NCBI RefSeq assembly: GCF_006345805.1
Contig: NC_043010.1
Location: forward strand, 58,528,001-58,592,000
Source: Octopus sinensis
Lineage: Eukaryota
Direction: 5' to 3'
Length of the DNA: 64,000 bases
The notes below the pieces were generated by a model that was not told where the DNA came from, made no database searches, and saw only the letters and a program-made list of their open reading frames with translations. This document shows positions 34,153 to 50,120 of the stretch, in pieces. Within the stretch, counting starts at the first letter, position 1, and every line of letters begins with the position of its first letter. The position numbers were made by a program, and so were the translations under genes.

Positions 34153-35750
34153 TGTGATAAAATTAATCACCAAATGACTCTGTATCACAGCAAACATGTC
34201 TGCTGCTATTCACAATATACAACAAAGTGTCCAAGAAATGGCTATCATTATTAATATTATTATTATTTTGAACATTACTAATCCACACACACCACAGAAA
34301 AAAAAGATCCACTTGTATTTCTATGTCTTGTTGTCTTCACTTTGACACTAAAATATATTTTCCACAACAAATTGCTCACACAATCCCTCAAACAACCATG
34401 TCTGACATCAGAACGATATCTGCTACTCTGTGATTATAGATTCATTATGAAGACCTCCTTCGTTAAATCGTTTCTATAAATGCTTTTGGAACATCATTTA
34501 TACTTTGTGATATGATAAAATGAATAGAGAAATATTAAGTAAGAAATATTTCTGGGAATATAATGATATTTTGTTAGAGTGTCTGCAGGAAATCTACAAA
34601 TGAAATAATCTGGCTAAAGAGAAGAGACGGAATGTTGTGAAGACAAAATGGAGATTTCCTGTGAGAAATGAGATTTAGTGAGACAAACTTTGCATCTAAT
34701 TTCACCTAACCAACAACATAGGAGACTAAAACAATAACAATTATTATAAACTCTATCAATATAGAACCAGAATATTTGTGAGATGACACTGGATTGTTAA
34801 ATAATCTAATAATAATAATAATAATAACAATAATAGTTAGTATTTTGCCCAGTGAAGTTGTATGTTGTGAGTAAAACATTTGCTGATATTTGTGAGTGAT
34901 ATAAGGGTGTTTCTCTGAATGTCCCTTTGGTTTTCTCTTGTCTCTTATATATTTTCACATGATATTAAAGAGGAAAGATGGGAAATGAAAGAAGATAGAT
35001 GTAGACTTACCTCCATTGTCTCATCCATAATCAGTGTGGCAGTGTGTGAGGGAGTGTCTAGTGGTGTGTCACTCTGTGTGTGTGTGTGTGTGGTAGTAGA
35101 GATGTGGATCTCAGGCTGTAACTACTGCTGCTGTTGTTTCTGCTGCTGTAGTCTGCTGCACACACACACACACACACACACACTGCTTCTACACACATAC
35201 TGCAGTGATGTGTGTGTGTCATAAGAGCTGTGTATAGACTGTGTGCTGTGTAAATATACACAGTTTGTAGTTCTATGGTTTATAGTATAACAATGGAGTG
35301 TTGTGTAATGCTGGTGTGTTGTAACGATGTGTGATGTGTAGTAACTCTATCGGTTGTGTTGGGAAACGAGTTAGTGTGTTGTTGTATATAGATATAGAAT
35401 AGAGGATACGTATATGTTGTCTAGTTGTATATACATACACATAAGTATATATGCTTGTATCTGTCTAGCTAGCTAGCTATTTCCCTGTATATGTTTGTGT
35501 GTGTGTGTGCACATGCATATATAAATATATAAGAGAAAGAAAGAGAGGGAGAAATTGCATGAAATTAGTGAAGGTGCATGTTTATGTGTATCCAAGCTGC
35601 ATAAATGTACTCAATACATAAAGTAGAGTGTAATTATTTTAGTCACACTTGCAAATTTATGAGTGTTACCTTTAAGTTTCTAAACTGTTTTAATTGTTTG
35701 AAGAGTCAGGAATATGGCATTGCGAGTTAAAATAAATGATACTTTAGCTT
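34080..35750 (-). promoter_or_regulatory. Conserved promoter / exon 1 / intron 1 block of gene C
   Basis: Near-identical to the blocks in the other units. Confidence 0.65.
35011..35390 (-). other. Protocadherin C 5'-UTR exon 1 (5' end uncertain)
   Basis: ACAATGGAG|GTAAGT donor at 35011. Confidence 0.6.
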
Positions 35751-35948
35751 TATACATACATGCACACATACATACACACATGCATACATACATAGATACA
35801 TGCATACATACACACATCCATCCATACATACATACATACATGCACACATACATACATACATACAGGCATACACACACATACATACATACATACATACATG
35901 CACACATACATACATACGTACATACATACATACATACATGCACACATG

Positions 35949-35980
<32 letters not shown>

Positions 35981-36010
35981 CATACACTCATACATACATA
36001 CATAGCTGTA
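35750..36010. repeat. (ATAC)n/(AC)n compound microsatellite
   Basis: Directly visible; homologous tract at 49800-50120. Confidence 0.9.
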
Positions 36011-36859
36011 TATGCATGTATTTATGTATATACATATATATATAGAGAGATCTGCATATGTCTGTGTATATATAAATGCAGTGTGTTTATCATCACATTA
36101 ACAGGTAATCAATCTGGAGATTAACCAGTAATTACATTGGGGATATGTGTAAATATCAGTTGACTATTAGAAATTACTATATCATCTGGTGGATTGAAGT
36201 GACTTGTTTAATACACATTATATTTGTATATATTACAATGCATAAAGATATGAAACTACACACACTCACACCAAACGTACGGTCCCACTCCACAATGTTT
36301 CAATATTGATATAAAGTAATGTAATTCTTTATAGAATTGGTGAAATATCATTATGGAATGGTTTAGCATTTCTCTCTCACTTCATTTCTCTCTGTTCCTC
36401 TCTGTGAATGTATACATGCACGTGTATGTACGCAAGTTTATGTATCTGTGCCTCATCTTAAAAGGGAGTGTAAACAAATAATCAAACATTATTTGTATAC
36501 ATACATACATTCTTATTTATATATGTGTGTGTGTGTGTATAATTTAATTTGTTTAGCAATGCAGTGTTGATCACTCATTCACATTGGTCAATATTTACAT
36601 ATCTAGATATGGTTGTGTTTGTTTGTGTGTGTGTGTGTGTGTTTGAGAGTGTGGGCATGTGTGTGCGTATATGTGTATGTAACTCTCTCTACAGTGTATG
36701 TCAATGTATGAATATGTATGCTTGCATGTATACAGTGTGTGCGTGTTTGTGTGTGTATGTATGTATGTCTCCATGAAATGTTCCAGAATGGTAAGATCCT
36801 GACAGAATATTCCAAAGTCTGTCTGTGTAACATTGCATTTCTGTGGCTGAGACATGCTT

Positions 36860-36883
36860 TTATTTTTTAATTCTTGTTGGTAA
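36860..36883 (-). CDS. Protocadherin D terminal coding micro-exon (LPTRIKK*)
   Basis: ttcttttcctttccag|TTA CCA ACA AGA ATT AAA AAA TAA. Confidence 0.85.
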   Translation of the reverse strand, partial: LPTRIKK

Positions 36884-37867
36884 CTGGAAAGGAAAAGAAA
36901 AAAAAACAGAAACAATTCAAGAGAACATTGAGAAAAACATGTTTGATCAAATGTATGACACTATTGTCTGAGAAAATTTATGAAGCATTTTGTCAGGTCA
37001 ATGTATAACTTAAATTGTTTCTGACCAAATGCATGACCGATATAGTGACTGAGTAACGTATGACAGACCAGTTATAACTGACCAAGTGTATGGGAGATAT
37101 TATGTCTAACCAAATGTTGACATCATTACGTCTGACAAATATGACAGCCATAAGCCTGGACAGTGCATGAAATTAAGCCTGAACAGCATACGAATGGTAT
37201 TATGCTTGACCAGTTGTATGGTGGACAATATTCTTGACCAATACGAGTACATTCTCAATCTCATTGATGCTCTAACACAGCCACTAACAACACCTCCACT
37301 GCCATCATCACCGTCATCATCATCATAACCATCATCTTCACGTGACTGCTTTCCATCTTGTTATGGGGCTGAACAGGTCAACAAACACCAAAACAGTTAT
37401 TTTCAAGAGATTCCTCTAGTGTCAGTCGGGTCAAAAGTCCATATCTCTCAGAGAATTCTCAGTTCTTGTAAAGTTTGTATGATTGAATACTCTTTATAGC
37501 AGCAACCACTTTGCAGGGTATATTGGGGGTGTTTCTGTTACAAAGATTCGTACGACTCAAACTCAAAGGAAGAATTCTCTACACACCAAGTCCCTATTTA
37601 CTTGAACTGGCACCAACAGGAATGGTGTTGCCAGAAGCCCTAAATATTGGAATGTCCCCAATCTTGTATATCCTAATTCTTTATTCACAGCTATGAAAAT
37701 GTCGATGGCAGTAGACGGAACAGAGATAATAGGAGAACAAACGGGTTCCAAACATGTTAATTACATACATTCATTAAAATATAAGATATACATTAATTAC
37801 AAAAGATATCTGAAGAGTGATATGTCTATTAGAGAATTAAGGAAGAATTTCATAATCTCATACTTAC

Positions 37868-40291
37868 CAATATTGTATTGGGTGGACTCTTCTCCAGGGT
37901 ACCCACGTTTGACCAATCAATCTGAGACTCATACTGCGGGTAGAAATCTTCCTTACATTCCACAAATGGCATGTTTCTATTATTCATCTCTGAAGAGTAC
38001 CTCACTGGGGTACCAGGAATACTGCTGCTCTGACACGGTAAAGGTTGATCAATTCTGTTACATATAGCTGACCTATTAACACCTTTCCTAGTGCTCTTGG
38101 CAGAGCGAGACTGACCACTGCTACATTTCACAATACACAGTGTGATCGACACTACAATCACCACAGCTACTATTACAGCTGCTACTACAAGGATAATCAA
38201 TAATGGTACGTCCAGTGTTCTGTTCTTCTCTAAGTGGACAGTCGGCATCGGTGCTGATGTCTTGTTAGTGACCCTTAATGACAAAGACACAGTAGTTGTG
38301 GCTGACAACACTGGGCTTCCAGAATCCTTGACCACAAGCACCAGTTCGTATGAGCCAGCATCGTTGAGATGAGGTGCACGCGAGAAAGACATTTGACCAG
38401 TTAAAGAGTTGAGTGTAAACAAGCGTTTATTGTTACCGTCAAGTATTCCATATTTGAGGAACGCATTTAAATGACTGTCTCTGTCAGACGCTCTAATCAC
38501 AGTGATGGCATTGGTACTTTGCGGATGGTAGTGGACATTGATATGGAAAGGGTCAGTTGTAGGGTAGATGAAATACGGATTATTGTCGTTTCTGTCTAAA
38601 ACCTCAACAACAACATTCGCTGTGTTATTCAACGACGGTTTACCATTGTCTTTGACAAAAACCTCAAACTTATACATGTCTTCTTCTTCTCTGTCCAATG
38701 GTATGTTGCTGGTAATAAAACCATAATCACTCACCTGGAACGGTATGTTATTTCTGTCTTTACTCAACAGTGAGAACGTCAGTTGACCAGCACTTGCCAG
38801 GTCTGGGTCAGTGGCATTGATAAAACCTATAGGAAAGTTTGCTTTACCATTCTCATAGGTGAGGAAGTGGAATGTATCTTTGGTAAATTGCGGTTGCACA
38901 TCATTCACATCCATTACTTGGATTGAGATCTTTCTCTCCGTCTTTAAAGCAGGGCTTCCATTGTCTTCACACACAATTCTCATGTTAAAATGGTCTAATT
39001 TTTCTCTGTCAAGTGGTTTCTTCAGAGTAATCTTGTATTCCTTTGATCCTAAATGTGAGAGGACAACTTTATCATGTTCTAATTTACAACTCACTTCTCC
39101 ATTCGCTCCAAAATCATTGTCCACCACATTCACATAAGCTAGAAAACTGCCCACTTTAGTTCCTTCATAAATAGCTGCAGTGCCCTTCTTCAATTCAGAC
39201 ACAAAATTTATGTCAATTTCAGGAGCATGGTTCTTTTCATTGAGAATGTTCACCCGTACAATGGCAAAGGAATTTAAAGAAGGATTCCCTCCATCTTTCG
39301 CCTCAACATACATCTTGAGAATATTCTTTGTTTGTGATGTCAATGGTTTTTCTACAAATAATTCCCCAGTTTGTTGGTTCAGTCTGAAATGTCTTCTTGT
39401 ACGTTCTGGTGTTTCCGGACTAAAAAAATAAGACACTTTACCATTATTGCCAGAATCTGGGTCTTTTGCAGACAATGTCAAAATGGGGTTGTTGTTAGGA
39501 TGTGTATTTTTGATAGAAATATTGTAAATATGTTGTGAAAAAACTGGTGAGTTATCATTCACATCAATTATTTTTATATGAACATGTAAAATTCCTTCTT
39601 TTGAAGGTTGCCCTCCATCATTGGCTATCACTTCTAGATTGTAACTATCTTGTATTTCTCTATCTAGTTTGTCTCCAAGAATAATTCCTATCTTTGCTCT
39701 TCCTGTGATGGTTTTTCTCACAGACAATATAAATGGATCACTAAATTGTTTCTTCAATTTATATGTAACTTCTGAATTTTCCATTCCAACATCTCTGTCA
39801 AAGGCATCTGGAATTAATCTTTCGGCTCCTTCTCCATCATCTTCATCATATGTAATATTCAGTTGTGTCTGAGGAAACTCAGGGCTGTGATCATTAATAT
39901 CTTCTATAATTACTTTAATTTTAATAATTTTCAAAAATGTCTTCCTTCTATGTACAGCAACTTTGATGTATCTAACACAATCTGATTCATATGTACACAG
40001 TTTCTCAGCATCCAATGTTTGAGCCGTGTACAATTTACCATCTTGTGTGACATTAAACAAATGTGAATTTCCTGTCCTTTGTCTCTGTATTTGGTTGTAT
40101 GTGATGAAGTTATTTCCCACAAGAGAGTCCGTTTCTTCCATCTGTGTGTCAGCAGCAATATCCCCAACAAAAGTGAAGGGACTGCTTTCTTCTTCTACAT
40201 GATAGCTCAGATCTACACAGACACAACTGTGTAGTAATAGATTGAGGACATTTGCAAGTAAGTATGTATTCCACACACAGCCTACTTCCAT
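37868..40291 (-). CDS. PCDH: Protocadherin D, large coding exon (6 EC, TM)
   Basis: Intact ORF 37850..40294; acceptor gives exon start 40324, donor at 37868. Confidence 0.95.
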
Positions 40292-40539
40292 CACAGAATG
40301 TTAAATCATATCTCGTGGTTTTATCTGAAATTACAGAAGAAAATAGAATGTTTTTATAGAAATAATTCACTGAATCTCTGATCGTTTGAGAAGTTTTGCA
40401 GAAAGTGAATAAGATTTTAAAGTATGGTAAATATAAAGTAATATATATAATACTTTCTTACGTCAAATATAGATATATATTAAAGCAATATGTTTGAGCA
40501 TTATCCATCCATCCATACATCCATATAAAGATGTTTGTT

Positions 40540-41120
40540 CTGCTATACCAGTGTGGAAGATGTCACCTTCATGACTGGCTGGTGCCTTAAATGTCTATGA
40601 GATACTTTCTGCCCCAGAGGAATGATATAGTTGGAAACACTGTTTACAATGCTATGCAGTTAAGATTGCCCTGACGTATGCATAAAGGGCATATCAGAAC
40701 CAACATGTATTCACACCCTTAAGAGCCAGTAATGCTAGTGGAAAAAACAGGAATTCAGTCCAAACATAACAGACCTCATATTGTTCACTGAGGGAAGGGA
40801 CATTAGTCATACACGGTTGTAGAAGTCAGCTTCCCAGGGGATGTGAATGTACAATCATACATCCAGGAAAAAGGCAACATTTATGGTGAATTAATGTGGA
40901 CCTTACAGCTCTTGTACCTTAACTATGAATTCTCATTTGTACCTATTATTATAGGAGCATTGAATGATGAAGCAACGTATTTCACAAAAACCTAGAAATA
41001 CTTGGTTTTTTAAGAAAGAGCCAAAGAAACAGATACAGATTCCCCAAATTGAATATAGTAGAGGCACTGTGAAGATTTGTAAGATGCTCCAGAGATTCTC
41101 CATCTATGATCCTTTAGACA
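40540..41120 (+). mobile_element. RLE-type LINE 3' relic
   Basis: Degenerate ..RPHIVH..VVEVSFP..LQLLY..FVPIIIGAL..GTVKICK segments. Confidence 0.6.
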
Positions 41121-43059
41121 AATTGATGCACACACGTGTATGGGTAAGTACATTGTGTATTGGTTGAACACCGGGAGTTCAGCCACTAAACAATGAAATC
41201 AAGCACATACAAACATCAGGGACTCTCTTAAGTCAAAATGTCTTGTCACTTTGTCAGCAACCAACTTCATCTTTCTTCAGATGAACTTACATAAAACTCA
41301 AAGGAAACCATTCATATATACGCATATATATATATATATATTTATGAAAAGTGAGAGAGAGTAAAGAGAGAGAGAGAGAGATGGAGAGACTTTCTAACTC
41401 TCAAGAAGAAAATTTTCAGGTATATGTTTGATATGCTATCATCATCCATTTAAGGTATGTATTCCATGCTGGCATGGGTTGGACGTTTTGACAGGAGCTG
41501 GTTGGAGAGCTACTGAGGGTGCATGCCTGTTTTGGCATGGTCTCTACAGATGGATGCCTTTCCAAACACCAACCATTTTATAGAGTGCACTGGGTGCTTT
41601 TATGCAGCACCAAAATGGGGCTGTCATCCCCTGTCATCCCCTCTAAATGTCCCAACATCTGAGGATATTTCCTCACCACTTCGTTCCGCATGTTCCCTCT
41701 GCAGTTAAAGATCAGCACATCTCGCAGGAGCTGTCCTCATCCATATGCATCACAGGTTCATACCTGCACAGCCTTCTTTCTCTCACACTACAATTGATGT
41801 CTTGTACTCACAGTTTTCCCCCCAAATCACTTACATTCTGTCGTATATGCACACATTACCCACCCAGCAATGCTTACTGGCTGCGTTTCCCTCAGGCCTT
41901 CGTGTACACTCAGTAGTTACTTCTCATTTTTGACTGACATGTAGCATAGCTACATTATATCATACACAGGCACCATATAATCTTCCTTTCACGCTGGGGG
42001 TGAAGCACTTCGTTACTAACAGAGTTAGTAGCTCCCTGAACTTTGTCCAGCCTATTCTTATTCTAGTATTTTGTTTATTATTAATATGTTGTATAATTCT
42101 TGCCGGAATAAGAATTATTCAACAGACTTGTAATAACGGAAATGTGAAAGAATGGATTAAAAATTAACGGGTTGCCTAAATGCATTTTGGTATATCAATA
42201 TAGCTATGTAGTTTCTTAAAAACGGAAAGATGGTCTTAGTATTTCATTGAGGATTTTGGACAAGTTCGTATTAGTTTTGAATATCATCAGAAACGGGAAA
42301 GATACACGAAATGGACACGGGAGGTAACTGCATTTATGGCGTGTACAATTTTTAATTATCTCCCTTAGTTTAACGTGATCTGGAGAGACCCTATTCAAAT
42401 ATGGTGACGGGGTGTGCAACCACATATCACCACCATTATGTTTTCTTAAAAATATGGATATCTTTTACTTCTTCTTTCAATTAAACTCTCCACGAATTGA
42501 CCGAACTCTTGATATTTAATGCTAGATACAGTAATGACTATCTCCTTTCTCTTTCATTCAATATCAGTATGTCATGTGAGGATGGTGATTTCCCTGTCTG
42601 CCTCTCTCAATCTCTTTCTCTTTTGCTCCATCCCATACCTTCTCACTTTCTCTCATCTTTTGTAAATATGTTAGAATCAAAGTGGAAATTTTATTGTCTG
42701 TGAGATAAATAGTGTTTCTTTTAACTAAGACACAGATTAAAATTTGATACGTCTGTGTCATAAAAATTTTATTCCCTGAGCACATGGTTCCCAGTGCAGT
42801 CCCCATGTGACACTTTAGGCGAGTGTTTTCCACCATAGTTTCGGATAGAGCAAAGCTTGTGAAAGGATTTTGCAGAAAGAAACTGGGAGAAGCTTGTCAT
42901 ATATAAATGTGTGTGTGTATTTCAAAAATTTTAGCAAAAACACAACTAACAGAAGATTCATAGCTTATTCCTCCTCAATCAACGTTCAAAAGATCATTAC
43001 AATTTCTTACCTTGCACACACACACACACACACATATATGTATATATAGAGAGAAAACA

Positions 43060-43870
43060 TTTCAGGTGAGAAAGAAAGGTTTAGAATCGAAGGGCCTTAG
43101 AGTCAATGTCGCAAAACCCAGTAAGTAGGAAGGCGAACACACCACAATCCCATTGAGGTAAATGGCCCTGCTCGATCTATAGAAAATATGTAGGTAGAAA
43201 CTGCATAAGATGTACCCAGTCTAAGCTATGGACACATAAGAGGTGTAGCAACATCAAAGGAAGGTTAAACCAGGAAGATAGCTTTTGTGTGTGGCAGATG
43301 CACTGGGGCAATAAACACCACAGATGCTCAGAAAACAGATTCCATCACATGCCAGGGAGAGAAACTAGAAGTAGTTGATAGCTTCTGTTACCAAGGTGAG
43401 CAAGTCTGTAGTGGTGGTGGATGCTCAGAGAATGTTACCACTAGAATAAGAATAGCCTGGGCAAAGTTCAGAAAGCTCCTACATCTACTGGTGACAAAAG
43501 GCCTCTTGCTCAGAGTGAAAAGTAGATTGTATGATGCATGTGTGCTTCATGGCAGTGAAACATGGGCTGTGACTGCTGAAGACATTCGTAGGCTCAAAAG
43601 AAATGAAGCTAGCATGATCCACTGGATGTGTAATGTCAGTGTGCACCCATGACAGAGTGTAAGTGCCCTGAGAGAAATGTTGGACATAAGAAGCATCGGA
43701 TGTGGCATGCAAGAGAGACGACTGCACTGGTATGGTCATGTACTCTGGATGGATGAGAAGAGCTATGTGAAGAAGTGTCACTCCCAAACAGTTCAAGGAA
43801 TCCAGGGAAGAGGGAGACATGGTATGAGGTGGTGAAGCATGACCTTCAAACATTGGCAATGTTGAAGATA
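43060..43870 (+). mobile_element. RTE-clade LINE 3' fragment
   Basis: LEVVDSFCY..G..RIRIAWAKFRKLL..LHGSETWAVT..RLKRNEASMIHWMC is typical of the RTE ORF2 C-terminal region. Confidence 0.8.
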
Positions 43871-44540
43871 TGCTGTGACTGAGAAGACCCAGCAAATAAA
43901 GTGAGATCACAGCTGTAGCCTACACCAGTGTCACATAACTAGCCCACTTAACAAAAGTACCTTTGGATCGTCGGGCGACATGAGGAGATCTATTGAATCA
44001 AGTACATCAAAATCAAATCAAACTACAATCAAATGGAAATTGTAGTTGTGACTGATGCCTGTGCCACCCGACTGGCTCCCATGCTGGTGGCACACAATAA
44101 GCAACATTCATGCGTCGGTCATTGCCAGTGCCACCTGATTGGCTCCCCATGCCAGTGACACATAAAGAGCACCATCTGAATGTGGTCGATGCCAGCCCCC
44201 TCACCCCAACTGGCTCCTGTGCCAGTGGAATGTAAAAAGCACCATCCAAACATGGCCCATGCCAGAGCCTCCTTACTGGCTCCCGTGCCAGTAGTAAGTA
44301 AAGAGCACCATTCGAACCTGGTCAATGCCAGCCCCCTCACACCGTCTGGCTCCTGTGCCGGTGACATGTAAAAAGCACCCACTGCACTCTCAGAGTTGTT
44401 GGCATTAGGAAGGGCATCCAGTTGTAGAAACATTGCCAGATCAGACTGGAGCCTGGTGCAACCTCCTGGCTTGCCAGACCCCAGTCAAACAATCCAACTT
44501 ATACCAGCATGGAAAACGGACGTTAAACGATAATGATAAT
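43870..44540 (+). mobile_element. RTE 3' tail / SINE-type repeat
   Basis: Subrepeats gccagtg..ctggctcc and a tail ending cgttaaacgataatgataat. Confidence 0.6.
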
Positions 44541-44799
44541 GATTTTATATATACACACACGCACACACGTGTATATCTGTATGGTGGTTGTGTACTCCTC
44601 ATGCAAATCGACCACTTCTTGTACTTTCATCTTAGAGTCATCATCACATCTGATATGGCTTTTTAAACCAGACACTATTGAAAAATCACCCCATAAATTG
44701 CATATCTGATTTGTACCACCAAAAGCTGCATTTAAGCTCTCATCTTTGTGCACCTTAAAATGTGTTTTCAGCCCTCCATTAGAATTGCAGATCTTATGT

Positions 44800-46420
44800 T
44801 ATCATCATCATAGATAACGTCTGTTTTTCATACTGGCATGGGTTGGACAGTTCGACTGGGGTATGGGAAGTCAGAAGGCTGCACCAGGCTCCAGTCTGAT
44901 CTAGCAGTGTTTCTACAGCTGGATGCCCTTCATAATGCCAAACACTCTGTGAGTGTAGTAGGTGCATTTTATGTGCCACCAGCACAGGGGCCAGAGGAGG
45001 CTGGTAACAGCTATGATCAGTTGGTACTTTTTATGTGCCACTGGCACAGAAGCCAGTCAAGGCGGCACTGGCATCAGTCACATTCATTTGGTGCTTTTTA
45101 CATGCCACTGACATGTGTATCAGAGCTACAATTTCCATTTGAAATTTATTTTAATGTTGAAGTTCTTGACTCAATAGGTTGGCCTACAATCCAAGATAAG
45201 CACAGCAGGCCGTCCTGTGATCCAAGGTAATTTGAATGGGCTGGGGTTAGGTTGTGTGAAGCTGGTGTAGGATACAGCCATGAACTCACTTTATTCGTCA
45301 GGTCTTCACAGTCACAGCATATCTCTAGAGGTTTCAGTCTTTCGTCATTGCCACCTCATCCCATGTCTTCTTAGGTCTACCTTTACCCTGGATTCCTTCA
45401 ACTGTTTGGCAATGGCACTTCTTCACACATCTCTCCTCATCCAACCGTATTACATGACCATACCAGCGCAAACGTCTCTCTTGCATGCCACATCCGATGA
45501 TTCTTATGCCCAACATTTCTCTGTGTGTGTGTGTGTGTGCATATATATATGTGTGTGTGTATATATATATATGTATGTGTGTGGGTGTATATATATGTGT
45601 GTGTGTGCAATCATCATCCTTCAACTTCTGTTTTCCACAGTAGTATGGGTTGATCAGCTTGACCAGAGCTGGAGGGCTGGACCAGGCTCCACTGTCTGTT
45701 TTGGCATGGCTTCTATGGGTGGATGCCCTTCCTAACACCAACCAGTTTACAGGGTGTACTGGGTGCTTTTAATGAGGAACCAGCAAGAATGCTTCCACAT
45801 GGTGCTGCACCATAACATTCTATGTGACACTGGCATAAGCACTCCTGTGTGGCACTGGCACAAATGCCTTTTGCATGGCACCAGCACAAGACTCTTGCGT
45901 CAGGGGAAGTGGAGGAGACCCTTCTTACATACAGCAAGGTGTTAAGAACCCCAATTCTTTGTCAGCTTTCCTGAAAGGTTCAGCATCATGAGGTCAGTGC
46001 CTTCCTGGGTCTCCTTTTCCATGTGTTTCATCTACTTTGAAAGATTGGCACTTCTTTATGGAGCTGTCAGCATCCGTCCACATCACAAGACCAAACCAGC
46101 ACAGTAAGTCTTCTCACTAGCCCTCTGTTGAACATGTACAAATACATTACACATCCAGCAGAGCATACTGGCTCCATTCCTCTCTAGTCTTCACGTGTCC
46201 TCTGCATTCAGGGCCCATATCTCAGCACCATGTAGAATTGCTGTTAGTATACATGCATCATACAATCTTCCTTTCATTGCCAACAGAGATAAAAGCTCTC
46301 TAAATTGTCTCCATCCTATTCTCATTCTATTACACTCACTGTGCACCCTTCCTCACTACTAATTTTGTTCCCCAGGTAGCAGAAAGTATCCACTACCTCT
46401 AATGAACATTTGAGAAAATC
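44800..46420 (-). mobile_element. Inverted RTE/SINE-tail fragments
   Basis: Reverse complements of the 43600-44530 sequence (ORF 45334..45741 contains REMLGIRIIGCGMQERRLRWYGHV), plus further RTE sequence at ~45960-46420. Confidence 0.65.
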
Positions 46421-47156
46421 TATTTTCCCAAGTATCTGTGCATGTATGTGTGTCTGTTCCCCATCATTGGTGACAACCAGTGTTGGTGTGTTTATGTCCC
46501 TGTAACGTAGCAGTTCAGCAAAGACACCTTTTACTTAAAGCCTGATAACAGGTTTTAAAGAAAAAAATGTATCGGGGTTTGATTCATTTCACTAAAATCC
46601 TCAAGTGATGCTCCAGCATGGCTGTAGTCTCATGACTCCGACAAAACAAAACGTATTTCATTCCATAATGTTTTTAAATGTGTTATTGTGTGATAGGAAG
46701 TGTTGTATGTCTGAGTATAGCATCATTAACTAGTGGAATGTATCAAGTGTGTGATGAGATACGAAATTAAGTTAAAATTAATTGATCTTCAACACAAAGT
46801 TAAAATGAAAGAATAATTTCATTTGAGGAACCAAATAACTTTCAACATCATTCTCACTATTTACTGTCCGCTTTCTATGCTGGCATGGGTTAGATGATTT
46901 GACTGAAACTGCTAGGCTGGACAGCTGCACCAAGTTCCAGTCTGATTTGGCATCTTTTCTATGGTTGGATGCCCTTCCTCATGCCAACCACTCCAAGAGT
47001 GAAGTGAGTGCCTTCTACATGTCACTGGCACAAGTGCCTTTCACATGTCACCAGCACGAGTGCCTTTTATGTGTCACTGGCGCTCGCCATGACTAGGAAA
47101 GTTGATTTAATATTTAATTCTCAATAAAATTCTCTCCAGAAATCAGAAAATCTTAC

Positions 47157-47325
47157 CAAAAGTAGGAATGCTTCAACATCCAAATTAAAAGATTGGATTT
47201 CTTCAAGTTAATAACTTAAAGTCATCCCATTTTGGTGAGAAGAGAAGGATCTGTCAGTTGTCCCCTGTATCCAATAGCAACAGAGCTGGGCTTCAGTGTA
47301 TTGGTCCCTTCCATTGGAAATGACC
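47157..47325 (-). other. Protocadherin D 5'-UTR exon 2
   Basis: Homologous 169-nt island; donor |GTAAGA. Confidence 0.7.
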
Positions 47326-47989
47326 CTAAAGTATATTGAAAGATTGCAACAATACTGTATTCAATGTTATGAAAATAAGAGAGTGAGAGGGGAACAAAAA
47401 AGGGATCCAGGAGAGAGGAATTGAAAGAGAGATCGAGTTATAACAGACATAGATGTCTAACAATTCTCATCTACTGCAATTTTTATATGTGAGATGAATA
47501 AGCTTCGTGGAGAATGTTCAATAGATACAGTAGGATATATATATATATATACACATAGACATACAGAGAGAGAGAGATAATTAGAGGCCTCGCTGCAAAT
47601 ATACACTGATTTATATATAATGCCATATGAACAGCAAGAAAGACATAGAAGCTTCACTGATAGAAACATGTAGAAAATATATAGACTTTTATTCTACATT
47701 AAAATGTAAATATTCTCTCCATTCTACAGAATATTCTGCAACTTTACACTGTTTCAAGCACAATAAGCTCTAAGTGTACACTCTGTGATACACAAAAGAA
47801 TATGTAATTACTGAAAGATAAAGATGAGTGTATATAAGAAATTTGTTCATCAAAAGACAACAGAAAGACAATGTATAAACTGACAAGATTTCTCATCATT
47901 ATATAGCCATGTTTATACACAAAATTAACAATATACAACGTATAGGTCATGCTGAAATGTTAATATATACACTGAACAATATCTTAAAC

Positions 47990-50120
<2,131 letters not shown>

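Noticed and set aside
35680-36124. MYVCMYVC/HTYIHTYI-type ORFs here and at 49294-50212, 55086-55472 and 62025-62442
   Set aside because: Translations of (ATAC)n, (TA)n and (GATA)n microsatellites.
36595-36915. Phase-1 reading of the terminal exon (YQQELKNKSMSQ...)
   Set aside because: It is incompatible with the phase-0 donor, its length and stop differ between copies, and the substitutions are non-synonymous in that frame but silent in phase 0.
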